Part shown: piece after piece, positions 1 through 10,154 of the stretch
Position numbering within the stretch: position 1 is the first letter of the stretch
Layout: every line of letters starts with the position of its first letter
Assembly: GCA_963578655.1 (NCBI GenBank)
Contig: CAUZEB010000002.1
Span: 1 to 45,536, forward strand
Reading direction: 5' to 3'
DNA length: 45,536 nucleotides
From: Dehalococcoidia bacterium
GTDB taxonomy: Bacteria > Chloroflexota > Dehalococcoidia > Lucifugimonadales > CAUZEB01
Notes under the pieces: generated by a model
Told to the model about the DNA's origin: nothing
Databases searched by the model: none
What the model saw: the letters and a program-made list of their open reading frames with translations, nothing else
Program-made: the position numbers and the translations under genes

Positions 1-324
1 TAATTTCCTCCACATAAGTGCCATTTCAAATTCTGATTCAAAATCGAAACCAGCTCTTAGGCCTCTCACTATAAACTGTGCATCCACTTCCCTTGCGAAA
101 TCTACAGCCAATCCACTGAACGGCCTTACTTCAACGTTATTCAAGTGCCTAATGGACTGTTCAAATAAGTCAACTCTCTCATGTGTATCAAACATCAACG
201 TCTTTGGCGGAACGTCATACACTCCAACAATAATTTCATCGAATAGTTTGGACACCCTTGTGGTTATATCCACATGACCATTGTGGACAGGGTCAAAGCT
301 GCCAGGATAAATGGCTTTAACCAT
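1..324 (-). CDS. coaD: Phosphopantetheine adenylyltransferase, 3' end cut by window edge
   Basis: Own translation of the reverse strand from ATG at 324 stays open to position 1 (108 codons): MVKAIYPGSFDPVHNGHVDITTRVSKLFDEIIVGV...VRGLRAGFDFESEFEMALMWRKL. It has the GSFDPxxNGH nucleotidyltransferase motif. The 8-nt overlap with the rsmD stop matches the common rsmD-coaD pair. Not in the supplied ORF track. Confidence 0.9.
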   Translation of the reverse strand, partial: MVKAIYPGSFDPVHNGHVDITTRVSKLFDEIIVGVYDVPPKTLMFDTHERVDLFEQSIRHLNNVEVRPFSGLAVDFAREVDAQFIVRGLRAGFDFESEFEMALMWRKL

Positions 325-883
325 TACCTAGTCCTAATACAAATATCGACACCGCTGTATCTCCATATCGTCGAGTCGTCTTCCGAAGCAATCCATCGTA
401 CTTTGTATCCAGAATAGTATCAAACCTGTGTTCTGTAACTACCATCCCTTCATCTTTTACCAGTTTATTTCTCCAAAGACCATCCATAACATCAACCCAA
501 ACATCTGAGAAATTATAAGGAGGGTCAGCAAAAACAATGTCATAACCACCTGAAAGCTGTGAAAGGGCTTTCTCCACCCTTAAGGTGTATACCTTCCCTC
601 TATCTTGTAATGACAACTCTCTCAGATTTGTATAAATTTGTGAGCTTCGCCTACGGTTCAACTCAACGAAATCTACCCACAATGCCCCTCTGCTTAGAGC
701 TTCTATACCAAGAGCCCCTGTACCAGCGTATAGATCTAAAATTTTGGACTCCTCGATCACCGCTGCACCAAGTATGGAAAATATAGCTCCGCGGACTTTT
801 TCTGACGTTGGTCGCAGACCTGAATCTCTAGGCAATGCAATTTGACGGTTTCTGTGCGTCCCTCCTGTTATTCTAATTCTCAT
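317..883 (-). CDS. rsmD: 16S rRNA (guanine966-N2)-methyltransferase RsmD family
   Basis: 188 aa. N-terminal MRIxxGxxRxRxL..P....RPT pattern, SAM-binding LDLYAGTGALGIEALSRG, and catalytic DPPY (FADPPYN). Sits directly upstream of coaD. Confidence 0.85.
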   Translation of the reverse strand: MRIRITGGTHRNRQIALPRDSGLRPTSEKVRGAIFSILGAAVIEESKILDLYAGTGALGIEALSRGALWVDFVELNRRRSSQIYTNLRELSLQDRGKVYTLRVEKALSQLSGGYDIVFADPPYNFSDVWVDVMDGLWRNKLVKDEGMVVTEHRFDTILDTKYDGLLRKTTRRYGDTAVSIFVLGLGNG

Positions 884-1189
884 TATCTTTTAGAGTGCTA
901 CCCTAACTTGCCCTTTATCGAGACAATTTTCTTCATGAAACTCGCACGGTAGGAGCCGCCACCGCCCTCAGAGTGGAGCAATCAGGCATCTCCGGTCTTT
1001 AGAGTACTCTGGATGAAAATGCTAGCATCATAAACCACATCGTTAAAGGAGATTTATGAGCTCTTTTCTGCAAGCTTCATTTAAATATCTTAGCCCTACA
1101 AGCAGTACCTTATCTCATAGACTGGTTGAGCCATTAACCATATACCGCATTGGTATATTAAAATGAGAACCATACACTCGTTTATTCAG

Positions 1190-1218
1190 TTTACAAATAT
1201 TGCACTAGAGTCTAAAAT
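1190..1218 (+). promoter_or_regulatory. Candidate sigma70-type promoter (TTTACA-17 nt-TAAAAT) upstream of lysS
   Basis: Hexamers at 1190-1195 and 1213-1218 with a 17-nt spacer, read by eye. It would give a leader of about 225 nt to lysS. No experimental support. Confidence 0.25.
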
Positions 1219-1448
1219 GTTACCTGCCAGACTGAAGGTGCTATTGTGCTCCCTTATCGCACTTTCGGTCTTTTCACTTTTTTACACGACTAGTTTCGAT
1301 CACCATACCGTTTAAGTCTTGCTCTCAATAGAGATAAATAATCAATGACTTTAACTTTTTCATGCCACTAAACCTAAGGATTATGCAAAACAATATTAAA
1401 TTTAACTCGGATGAGTAATTTCTCAATATCGGAAGGAAGCTGATTCAC

Positions 1449-2933
1449 ATGCAAGACAATACCAGCGAACTCCTGAGAGCCCGTTTCGAAAAACTGACCA
1501 GACTCAAAGAAAAAGGAATCGACCCATATCCGAAAAGATATGATAGAACCCACACGACAGAACAGGCTATCACATTTTTCGAGGAGCACGAGAGCGAAAC
1601 TGAAACAGGGAAGAGTCCAGAAGATATGAGAATCGCTGGGCGAATTATATCTTTTCGCGGCATGGGTAATGCAACCTTCGCCGATCTCTTAGATGGTTTT
1701 GGACGTATTCAAATCCTGTTTCGTCGCAACACTATCAAAGAAAGCTACGACATATTAAATGATTTGGACATTGGGGATTGGCTTGGCGTTGAAGGACCAA
1801 TTTTCCGAACTAGAACTGGCGAAATCACGCTAGAAGTCATGCGATTCGAAATATTGTGCAAATCATTACGCCCTCTACCAGAAAAATGGCATGGTCTCAA
1901 AGACGTCGAAATTAGATATCGCCAAAAATACCTTGACTTAATATCTAATCCAGAGGCGAAAAAATCAGCTGTAATGAGAAGTCTCATAATCAAATCTATT
2001 AGGAATTTCATGGATGGCCGTGGGTTTATCGAAGTGGAAACACCAACTTTAGTCCCGGTTGCAGCGGGTGCTATGGCACACCCATTCATAACTCACCATA
2101 ACTCCCTAAATCGTAATCTTTACCTCAGGATAGCAACCGAATTATATCTAAAACGCCTGATAGTAGGGGGCATAGAAAAAGTGTATGAGATCGGGAAAGT
2201 TTTCCGTAATGAAGGTATCGACTTCAAACATAATCCAGAATTTACTACAATGGAAAGTTACGAATCATTCGTTGATTACAATGATGTAATGCAGATGGTG
2301 GAAGAATTAGTTCATTCTGTTTCACTAAATGCTAACGGTTCAAGCTCAGTTCAGTTCACCGGAGAAATGATTGACTTTTCGCCTCCCTGGCCTAGATTGG
2401 AACTGAGAGAGCAAATAACGAAATATAGTGGAATCGACTTCTTCGACTACCCAGATGTTGACTCTCTTCGCAACGCCATGAACTTAATAGGAGTAAATGT
2501 TGCCAATCAATTAAGTTGGGGAGGCCTATTGGACAAGCTAATTTCCGACAAGGTAGAACCTCATTTGGTGCAACCATGTTTTCTAACAGATTATCCTGTA
2601 GCGATGTCACCGTTGGCCAAAAGAAAGAACACAGATCCTCGATTAGTTGAACGATTCGAGGGATTCGTTGCAAAAATGGAGATTTGTAACGCATTCACCG
2701 AGCTTAATGACCCAATAGATCAAAGACAGAGATTCGAACAGCAAGAACAACTACGTGACACCTATGCAGACGAAGAAACCGATCGTCTAGACGAGGATTT
2801 CCTCGTTGCCATAGAGCATGGCATGCCTCCAACGGGAGGTTTAGGCATAGGCATAGATCGCTTAACCATGCTGCTTACAAACAACCATTCTATAAGAGAA
2901 GTTATATTATTTCCGCAGCTGAGGAATAATTAG
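1449..2933 (+). CDS. lysS: Lysine--tRNA ligase, class II
   Basis: 494 aa. N-terminal RxxKLxxLxxxGxxPYP, an OB-fold region, and class II motifs (FRNEGID..HNPEFT; C-terminal GGLGIGIDRLTMLL). Confidence 0.95.
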   Translation: MQDNTSELLRARFEKLTRLKEKGIDPYPKRYDRTHTTEQAITFFEEHESETETGKSPEDMRIAGRIISFRGMGNATFADLLDGFGRIQILFRRNTIKESYDILNDLDIGDWLGVEGPIFRTRTGEITLEVMRFEILCKSLRPLPEKWHGLKDVEIRYRQKYLDLISNPEAKKSAVMRSLIIKSIRNFMDGRGFIEVETPTLVPVAAGAMAHPFITHHNSLNRNLYLRIATELYLKRLIVGGIEKVYEIGKVFRNEGIDFKHNPEFTTMESYESFVDYNDVMQMVEELVHSVSLNANGSSSVQFTGEMIDFSPPWPRLELREQITKYSGIDFFDYPDVDSLRNAMNLIGVNVANQLSWGGLLDKLISDKVEPHLVQPCFLTDYPVAMSPLAKRKNTDPRLVERFEGFVAKMEICNAFTELNDPIDQRQRFEQQEQLRDTYADEETDRLDEDFLVAIEHGMPPTGGLGIGIDRLTMLLTNNHSIREVILFPQLRNN

Positions 2934-2992
2934 ACGGCGCCATCTCCTGATTTAACGCACCATATTACTAGAACCATTTTGGAGTTCCTACT

Positions 2993-4102
2993 ATGCTTAA
3001 TAACTCTTCCGATGTAATAATAGTTGGGGGAGGAGTAATAGGATGTTCAATAGCTTATTACCTCGCAAAAAAAGGGGTTAAGAGTATAGTTTTCGAGGAA
3101 AGGCAGTTCGCATCGGGGGCTTCCGGTGCGACAGCAGGTATGATAACTCCTCTTTGGCATATTGATCATACCAACAAAGATCTTTTTGAAATGGGTATCA
3201 GCAGTCTGCTTGCCTACCCTCATTTAGTCGCTGAATTATTAGATTTTGGAGCGAATCCCGAGTTCCACCAGTCTGGGGTACTCAAGTTGGCCTTAACAAC
3301 AGAAGAAGTAGCTATATTAATGTCGAACCTGGTATGGCAAAGCGCATTAGATATGGGTGTCAAGTGGTTAAGCGCATCGGACATCCTAAATCAAGAACCT
3401 GGGATAACCCCTCGTATACTTGGTGGTGTGTTTTCTCCAACTGAGGGACATATCACAGGGAAACACCTCGTTAACAGTCTAGTTCAGGCTGCAACAAAAT
3501 TGGGCGTGATCTTTTTCGAGGGTGTGGAAGTCACTGAACTTAAAATTGAGAAACGAAAAGTCACAGGCGTGCGTACTACATATGGTTCCTTCGATACAAA
3601 CCACACGGTACTGGCCACCGGTCCATGGACTGGGCTTGCCAACCGTTGGATTCCAGGATCATTGCCTATTAGACCCGTAAAAGGTCAGCGATTTACTATA
3701 AGGAAAAACGGCTTCATTCTCAATTCAGTTGTACATACCTTTAAAGGAACCAGCGTACCCCAGGCTAACGGAGACATCTTAATAGGGGCCACACGCGAAG
3801 AAGCCAAATTTGACAATAACATTACGGTAGACGCAATCACCGAAGTATTGCTAAACACACATCGCATATTCCCTGGTCTACATGACGCCATTTTCGTCGA
3901 CTCTTTTGCGGGTGTCAGGCCTGGCTCTCCTGACAACATGCCAATCCTAGGGCCTATACCTGGCTGGAACGGTATTAGTATAGCTTCAGGACACGACTGG
4001 GCTGGTGTTATGCTGGCTCCTTCTACAGGCGAAATGATGGCCGAATATATCGAATCAGGAGACAGCTCTCACCTCAGTACATTCCTCATTGATAGATTTT
4101 GA
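2993..4102 (+). CDS. FAD-dependent oxidoreductase, glycine oxidase ThiO / D-amino-acid oxidase family
   Basis: 369 aa. N-terminal dinucleotide fold VIIVGGGVIGCSIAYYLAKKG and C-terminal GHDWAGVMLAPSTG, as in ThiO/DAO proteins. GGAG lies 8 nt before the ATG. Confidence 0.8.
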   Translation: MLNNSSDVIIVGGGVIGCSIAYYLAKKGVKSIVFEERQFASGASGATAGMITPLWHIDHTNKDLFEMGISSLLAYPHLVAELLDFGANPEFHQSGVLKLALTTEEVAILMSNLVWQSALDMGVKWLSASDILNQEPGITPRILGGVFSPTEGHITGKHLVNSLVQAATKLGVIFFEGVEVTELKIEKRKVTGVRTTYGSFDTNHTVLATGPWTGLANRWIPGSLPIRPVKGQRFTIRKNGFILNSVVHTFKGTSVPQANGDILIGATREEAKFDNNITVDAITEVLLNTHRIFPGLHDAIFVDSFAGVRPGSPDNMPILGPIPGWNGISIASGHDWAGVMLAPSTGEMMAEYIESGDSSHLSTFLIDRF

Positions 4103-4205
4103 TCATGGACCCTGTTCATTAATCAGTCTAATCCACATTTAGGACTCGATTTGATATCATAGGCATATCAATTACCCAGATATATTAATCTAGCAGGAGC
4201 GTGAA

Positions 4206-4931
4206 ATGGTTTACAGGTTTGAGGAAAGTGAAACGATCACTACTAGCACCGATCAACTAGTAAACACATTTATAGACGCGATGTGTAGGGTCTACCTATG
4301 GATGGCAGGTGGTTTATTCATTACCGCCATAGTAGCAACATTCATAGCCCAGACGAATAATGTAGTGAATCTTATACTCGCAAATCCAATAATATTTTTC
4401 GGTTTGTTTTTAGGTCAAATAGGTCTGGTTATTGTGATATCTTCCCGTATAAACAGATTGGCTCCTATGAAAGCTCTGGGACTATTCTTTCTATATTCAG
4501 CCTTAATGGGTGTAACGCTTTCATCCGTGTTTTTGGTTTACAATTTAGGAACAATTGGACTCGCTTTTGGGATCACGACTGCACTTTTTACTGCAATGTC
4601 TATTGTAGGCTTGACAACAAAAAAAGATATCGCAAAATTAGGCCCGATACTATTTATTTCATTGTTCGGACTTATTATCGCATCACTCGCTAATTTATTT
4701 CTTCAAAGCTCCGGCATAGAGTGGTTAGTCTCATTTGCAGGTGTGATAATTTTCATGGGTCTCACTCTGTATCATTCTAAGCAAATTAAGAGCTTAACAT
4801 TCCAAGCACTATCAGAAGATGATCCAGACGCTGTAAGTCGCGTTGGTATCATCGGTGCCTTGTCCCTTTATTTAGCTTTTATCAATCTTTTCTTGTTCCT
4901 ATTAACCATACTGGGGAAAGGGAAAAATTAA
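4206..4931 (+). CDS. Bax inhibitor-1/YccA family integral membrane protein
   Basis: 241 aa with about 7 predicted hydrophobic helices. Family-typical N-terminal region (FIxxVYxWM) and a charged C-terminal loop. AGGAG RBS. Confidence 0.75.
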   Translation: MVYRFEESETITTSTDQLVNTFIDAMCRVYLWMAGGLFITAIVATFIAQTNNVVNLILANPIIFFGLFLGQIGLVIVISSRINRLAPMKALGLFFLYSALMGVTLSSVFLVYNLGTIGLAFGITTALFTAMSIVGLTTKKDIAKLGPILFISLFGLIIASLANLFLQSSGIEWLVSFAGVIIFMGLTLYHSKQIKSLTFQALSEDDPDAVSRVGIIGALSLYLAFINLFLFLLTILGKGKN

Positions 4932-5010
4932 CAACTAATCTAGAACTGTATGAGCATCTCGTCGTTAACACTGTGTAATGTCCATGACTGCGGGTAGAAC
5001 GGAGTACCGG

Positions 5011-8000
5011 CTAAGCCTTCAGCAACCCTATGGTTATCTTTGAATCATCTATATCCTGTGTCTCAACATAAGACCCTGGAGGTGCATCGCCTTTTAGTAC
5101 AACCTCAGATAAGGTCTCTTGCATTATGTATTTCCCAAAAGAGCTTATCATTTCATCCAGGTCTGAATCCGTCTCATAATATAAAGTTATACGGTCCTCT
5201 ATGTTAAAATCTGCAGATCTTCTCATGTTTTGCACCCTATGTACGAGCTCTCTTGCCTTACCTTCTAGAGCTAATGAATGGTCGATGACAGTCGATACCG
5301 CAACAATATAGCCGCCTTCAATTACGACAGAAAATCCTTCCCTCTCGGAATGTATTACGTTAAGTTCGGTTGCATGTAAATTGTATGGGCCTATTTTTAG
5401 GTCCTGACCATTGGTTATATGACCATATATTTCCCGGGGATCTGAATCCGAAATAAGGGATCTTAAGTTACTCGACTTTTTCCCGTATTTTGGGCCTATC
5501 AGCGACATGTTAGGTTGTATTTGAATATCTAATACCTCAAATTCATCCGTAATAGAAACTATAGTCTTTACATTAAGTTCGTCTCGAATTTGAGAAGATA
5601 TATGATCCAATAAGAGATTCTCACTAGCCGTATTAAGCTTAATGATTACTTTTTGTAATGGTTGTCTAACCTTTAAGCCTGCCTTACTTCGAGCGGCTCT
5701 ACCCATGCTTGACAATCGCATTGCTAGACGGGTTGCAGCTGAAAGATCTTCATCTACAAGGGATTTATTAGGTAAAGGATACGAAGTTAAATGAACACTC
5801 TTGGGAGCATCACTCAGCGGCATCGAAAGATTTTGGTACATGGATTCAGTAACAAACGGCATTATAGGAGCCAGTAACTTGGTTAGTGTTATAAGGCATT
5901 CGAAAAGGGTAGAATAAGCAGAAAGTTTATCGATATCTACGTCATCATCACTATTAATGACGCCACTTTTCCAGAAGCGGCGTCTACTACGCCTAACGTA
6001 CCAATTAGAAAGGTATTCCACAAAATTTTCCGCAATACGTGTCGCACGATCGGGTTCGTAATTTTCCAGCGATGTAGTCATCTGGTCAACCAGGTTATTT
6101 AGCTCGGATATTATCCATCGATCGAGTTCAGATCTCGTTTCAATAGCTGGGCCTGAGGTTGAAGGATCATAGTTATCTATATTGGCGTAAGTAACGAAGA
6201 ATGAATAAACATTCCATAGAGGAATAATAAACCGCCTGCGAACTTCGTCAGCAGCACCGTATCCGAAGTTTAAGTTAGCGGCTGGGTTATGGCGCGCATA
6301 TAGCCAGCGCATGGCATCCACTCCCATTACATCAGCTGCGTCTTCGAACCATATAGCATTACCCTTACTTTTGTGCATCTCTTCGCCATTTTCATCCTTC
6401 ATCAAAGCATAACTAAAGACTGTGCGGAAAGGTTCCGTCCCTTCCAAAACAGTGCTCATGGTCAAAAGAGAATAAAACCAATTCCTGAATTGACCGGGGA
6501 AGCTTTCTGAGATCCAATCAGCAGGGAACCACTCCTTCCATTCATTCTTGTCACTACGATAATTTATTGTTGAAAAAGGAACGATGCCCGCATCTAACCA
6601 TGGAGTACCAACGTCCTTTATACGGGAGACTGCTTCACCACATTTTTCGCAACGGATCTTAACAACATCAATCCACGGGCGATGAGGAGAATGGCCTACA
6701 TATTCATTCCAGCCTTGGATTGATCTCTCTTGTAGCTCCTTCTCACTACCTATCACGTCAAACCAACCACATTGACATTTGTATATAGGTAAGGCAAGAC
6801 CCCAATATCGTTTCTTAGATATCATCCAATCGCTCATGTTACGAAGCCAATCTAACTCACGTTCCATGCCGAAAGCGGGAATCCATCGTATATTTCTTGT
6901 TACATTAGCGATCTTATGCCGCAGTCGCTGCATAGAAATAAACCATTCATCGACCAATCTAAAAACTAATTCAGAATCACATCTCCAACAAACCGGGTAT
7001 CGATGGGAATATTCCTCTAATTTATAGAATATCCCTTTTTGTCTAAGGCTCTTATATATGTGTTCGTTGACGTCATAAACATTCATGCCGGTGAGCCAAT
7101 CGAAACCTTCTACAAAATCTCCAAACTCATCTAGGGGAGCGATAGACGGCAGAGAAAATTGCTGGCCTAGAGCGAAATCCTCTTGGCCAGCTCCAGGTGC
7201 TGTGTGTACAACGCCGGTTCCCTCAGACTCATTTACTTCATCCGAAGGAATTATTTTGTGCTCCACATCTTGCTGTATAGGCAATTCATCAAAGGGGCCT
7301 CTGTAAGTAAGACCAATTAAGTCCTTCCCTTTGATTTCTTCCAAAACATGGTAATCTCCATTAAGAACTGCCAGTCTTTCTTTCATTAAATACAGTATCT
7401 CGCCGTTTTCTTTAACTCGTGCGTATGTTTTATCTGGATTCACGGCAGCGGCAACATTGGAGGACAATGTCCAAGGCGTTGTAGTCCATATTAATAGTGA
7501 TTCTACTTGAGTCTCATTTTCTTCTAATCTTGACCTGTCAGGTAATTCGATCAACGGAAATTTAACATATAGCCCTGGATGTACAATGTCCTTATATCCC
7601 TCTGTGACAATTTCATGCTGTGACAATCCTGTTCCACATCTCGGACACCAAGGCATAACATCTCGACCTTCATACAGCCAACCTTCATCGTGGCATTTTT
7701 TAAGAAATAACCAAATAGTATAATTGTTTTCATCCGACATCGTATGATAAGAATTATTCCAATGTGCCCAGTGCGCTAATCTAATAGATTGTTCAGTTAT
7801 AATGTCTGAGAACTTTAGTACTCTCTGCTTACACAATTCGACAAACTTACCAATACCGAAAGCCTCTATGTCACGTTTAGACTTGAATCCCAGTTCTTTC
7901 TCCACCTCGACCTCAATCCATAAACCTTGACCATCAAACCCATTCTGATATCGTTGTTTGTATCCTTGCATAGTCTTGAATTTCTGAAAAAGATCCTTAT

Positions 8001-8193
8001 AAGATCGCCCCCAAGCATGGTGAACACCCATAGGATTATTGGCTGTTATAGGGCCATCAATAAAAGAGAATCGTTTTTCTGAATTTTCGTTGCGGGACAA
8101 GTATTTTGCCATGATATCCTGTTCTGTCCACAACGAAAGTATTTCCCGTTCCAGTGCAGGGAAATCGATCTTAGCGTTAACAGGTTTGAACAT
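5011..8193 (-). CDS. ileS: Isoleucine--tRNA ligase, long form
   Basis: 1060 aa. Class I signature region NNPMGVHHAWGR (HIGH-type), KMSKS-type KMHKSKGN, a WCPRC zinc knuckle, a CP1 editing domain and a long C-terminal extension. Confidence 0.95.
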   Translation of the reverse strand: MFKPVNAKIDFPALEREILSLWTEQDIMAKYLSRNENSEKRFSFIDGPITANNPMGVHHAWGRSYKDLFQKFKTMQGYKQRYQNGFDGQGLWIEVEVEKELGFKSKRDIEAFGIGKFVELCKQRVLKFSDIITEQSIRLAHWAHWNNSYHTMSDENNYTIWLFLKKCHDEGWLYEGRDVMPWCPRCGTGLSQHEIVTEGYKDIVHPGLYVKFPLIELPDRSRLEENETQVESLLIWTTTPWTLSSNVAAAVNPDKTYARVKENGEILYLMKERLAVLNGDYHVLEEIKGKDLIGLTYRGPFDELPIQQDVEHKIIPSDEVNESEGTGVVHTAPGAGQEDFALGQQFSLPSIAPLDEFGDFVEGFDWLTGMNVYDVNEHIYKSLRQKGIFYKLEEYSHRYPVCWRCDSELVFRLVDEWFISMQRLRHKIANVTRNIRWIPAFGMERELDWLRNMSDWMISKKRYWGLALPIYKCQCGWFDVIGSEKELQERSIQGWNEYVGHSPHRPWIDVVKIRCEKCGEAVSRIKDVGTPWLDAGIVPFSTINYRSDKNEWKEWFPADWISESFPGQFRNWFYSLLTMSTVLEGTEPFRTVFSYALMKDENGEEMHKSKGNAIWFEDAADVMGVDAMRWLYARHNPAANLNFGYGAADEVRRRFIIPLWNVYSFFVTYANIDNYDPSTSGPAIETRSELDRWIISELNNLVDQMTTSLENYEPDRATRIAENFVEYLSNWYVRRSRRRFWKSGVINSDDDVDIDKLSAYSTLFECLITLTKLLAPIMPFVTESMYQNLSMPLSDAPKSVHLTSYPLPNKSLVDEDLSAATRLAMRLSSMGRAARSKAGLKVRQPLQKVIIKLNTASENLLLDHISSQIRDELNVKTIVSITDEFEVLDIQIQPNMSLIGPKYGKKSSNLRSLISDSDPREIYGHITNGQDLKIGPYNLHATELNVIHSEREGFSVVIEGGYIVAVSTVIDHSLALEGKARELVHRVQNMRRSADFNIEDRITLYYETDSDLDEMISSFGKYIMQETLSEVVLKGDAPPGSYVETQDIDDSKITIGLLKA

Positions 8194-8318
8194 GTCAGGC
8201 CACCTCTTATTTGTAAGTTACATCTCTGTACCTTAAAGGACGAACAAATATCATATACCGTCATCGTTCATCCGCACAAGATTTAAGGATCAGGTAAATC
8301 TCTCTTCAATCCAATGCG

Positions 8319-8347
8319 GTTATACAAGTCACCAAATTATATGTCAA
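8319..8347 (-). promoter_or_regulatory. Candidate promoter for ileS (TTGACA-17 nt-TATAAC on minus strand)
   Basis: The reverse strand reads TTGACA (8347-8342), a 17-nt spacer, then TATAAC (8324-8319), about 125 nt upstream of the ileS start. By eye only. Confidence 0.3.
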
Positions 8348-8457
8348 TGATTACCATATTATATTCAGAGTTGACTATGCTAAGCATGGAGGCTCGAACA
8401 CATAAATTGTACCTCCAAAACGACTAGATTCCTACGACAACTTTGTCCCATATTTGT

Positions 8458-10068
8458 CTATCGCTCATACATAAGTCGTCCGTCAACGAATGTTTGATCG
8501 ATATTGATGTCCCGTATGAAATCATGTGAAACTATATTGGGATCATGACTTAACACTACCATGTCAGCCCTCTTTCCCACCTCTAAAGAGCCTATCTCAT
8601 TCTCACGTGACATGGCATATGCTGCATTAATTGTATACATCTGAAGCCCTTCCATAGGTGTTACTGCTTCTTCCAATGACAAGGGCTCGAAGCCATCCCT
8701 GGTATTCCGATTAACAATAGCATGAAGGCCAATCATTGGTTCAGGTGGGGCACAAGGACTATCCGAACTTGCCGAAACAACCAGGCCTTCCGAAAGCATC
8801 GTTTTAAATGGGAACAGCCGGACGTCACCTCCCATTATTCTAGCTCGCTCTCTGGAAATTTCTCCATTGGTATAGACAAATGGAGGTTGAACAACGGGTA
8901 TTACTCCCAAAGATCTAGCTCTCCGTATTTGCTCTAATGTTGGTAAACTGAAATGTTCAATTCTAAACCTAGGCTCCGGTTTTGATAATTCTCTAAGAGC
9001 TCGTTCAAATGAATTTAGAGCCTGATCTATACTCCAAGTCCCAAGGCAATGAATCGCTACTTGCAAATCCCTTCTATGGGCTTCCATAACCAGGATATCT
9101 GCTTCTTCCTGTGAATAATATCTGCTTCCTACGTGCTCCTGATGTCCATGTCCACCAAATCGAATACTAGCGGGTTCCGGAAAGACAGGATCCATAAACA
9201 TTTTAATAGTCCCACCTCTAAGTCTGTCAGATATGTTCCCATCATGTATTTCACCTCGTGAGGGTCTCTCCGGTGGTGCAAAAAAGCCATCACCTGCCAA
9301 CATCTGATGCATCAAGAGTGGTAGCTTACCTTGGCTATCGGCACTTTCGTACATTCGAGACGCTAATGGTATCGTGCAGGCATCCCCAATACTTGTGATA
9401 CCGTAAGATAGGTGACGCATACTATTGTGTAATACCAGATCATCTACTCCGTCTTGGTATGTATCGCAATACGCTTTAAACGACAAGTCGTAAAACGGAT
9501 CCATAGCAGTTTCCCACATGGTGCCATTAGGCTCACCTTTATCATCCTTCTTGATTTCTCCATTTTTCGGCTGAGGGCTGTCACATCCAATACCGGCTAA
9601 CTTTAGTGCTTCGCTATTGACATAGCATGCATGGCAAGAACCATCCAAGATCACAACAGGATTATGTGGAGACACTTCATCTAGTTCCCAACGCGAAAGA
9701 TTACGCGATTCTTTCAGGAGAGGCCCTCGGAAGCCCCATCCCCATATAATGCGTCCCCGGGGAGCACTACTGGCCGAAGCTTCAATTGCCTCCAATACAC
9801 CCTTAACACTTGTATGTGGAGGAACTCTACAGTCCACTGATACTGGTTGAAAAGTGGTAAAACTGAAATGATTATGCGGATCCACAAATCCTGGAACTAC
9901 AGTACGTCCATTCAAATTAATGTATTTGGTATTTGAATTCGCCAGTTTTGAAACTTCTTCGTTAGCTCCAATCGCGGCTATTCGTTGTCCTTTAACGGCT
10001 ATCCCTTCGAAATGGTGACCAAGCTTATCCATAGTTAGGATATTCCCGCCAATTAATATCAAATCCAT
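8458..10068 (-). CDS. Amidohydrolase-family metal-dependent hydrolase (YtcJ-like, amidohydrolase 3)
   Basis: 536 aa. N-terminal beta-sandwich followed by the VPGFVDPHNHF metal-binding HxH motif, with later His/Asp ligand regions. Strong GGAGG RBS. Confidence 0.8.
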   Translation of the reverse strand: MDLILIGGNILTMDKLGHHFEGIAVKGQRIAAIGANEEVSKLANSNTKYINLNGRTVVPGFVDPHNHFSFTTFQPVSVDCRVPPHTSVKGVLEAIEASASSAPRGRIIWGWGFRGPLLKESRNLSRWELDEVSPHNPVVILDGSCHACYVNSEALKLAGIGCDSPQPKNGEIKKDDKGEPNGTMWETAMDPFYDLSFKAYCDTYQDGVDDLVLHNSMRHLSYGITSIGDACTIPLASRMYESADSQGKLPLLMHQMLAGDGFFAPPERPSRGEIHDGNISDRLRGGTIKMFMDPVFPEPASIRFGGHGHQEHVGSRYYSQEEADILVMEAHRRDLQVAIHCLGTWSIDQALNSFERALRELSKPEPRFRIEHFSLPTLEQIRRARSLGVIPVVQPPFVYTNGEISRERARIMGGDVRLFPFKTMLSEGLVVSASSDSPCAPPEPMIGLHAIVNRNTRDGFEPLSLEEAVTPMEGLQMYTINAAYAMSRENEIGSLEVGKRADMVVLSHDPNIVSHDFIRDINIDQTFVDGRLMYER

Positions 10069-10154
10069 ACGTACACCTCCTGGAGGATATATAGTAACTT
10101 GAGTTTAATCCTTGACACAATGATCGATGAACGCCATATTATAGGAGAATTCCG

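Noticed and set aside
884-1448. T-box or other aaRS leader riboswitches upstream of lysS, and likewise ileS (8194-8457) and serS (22979-23100)
   Set aside because: No T-box sequence of the GGTGGTACCGCG type, and no terminator/antiterminator pair, was recognisable on the relevant strand by eye. A covariance-model search would be needed to exclude it fully.
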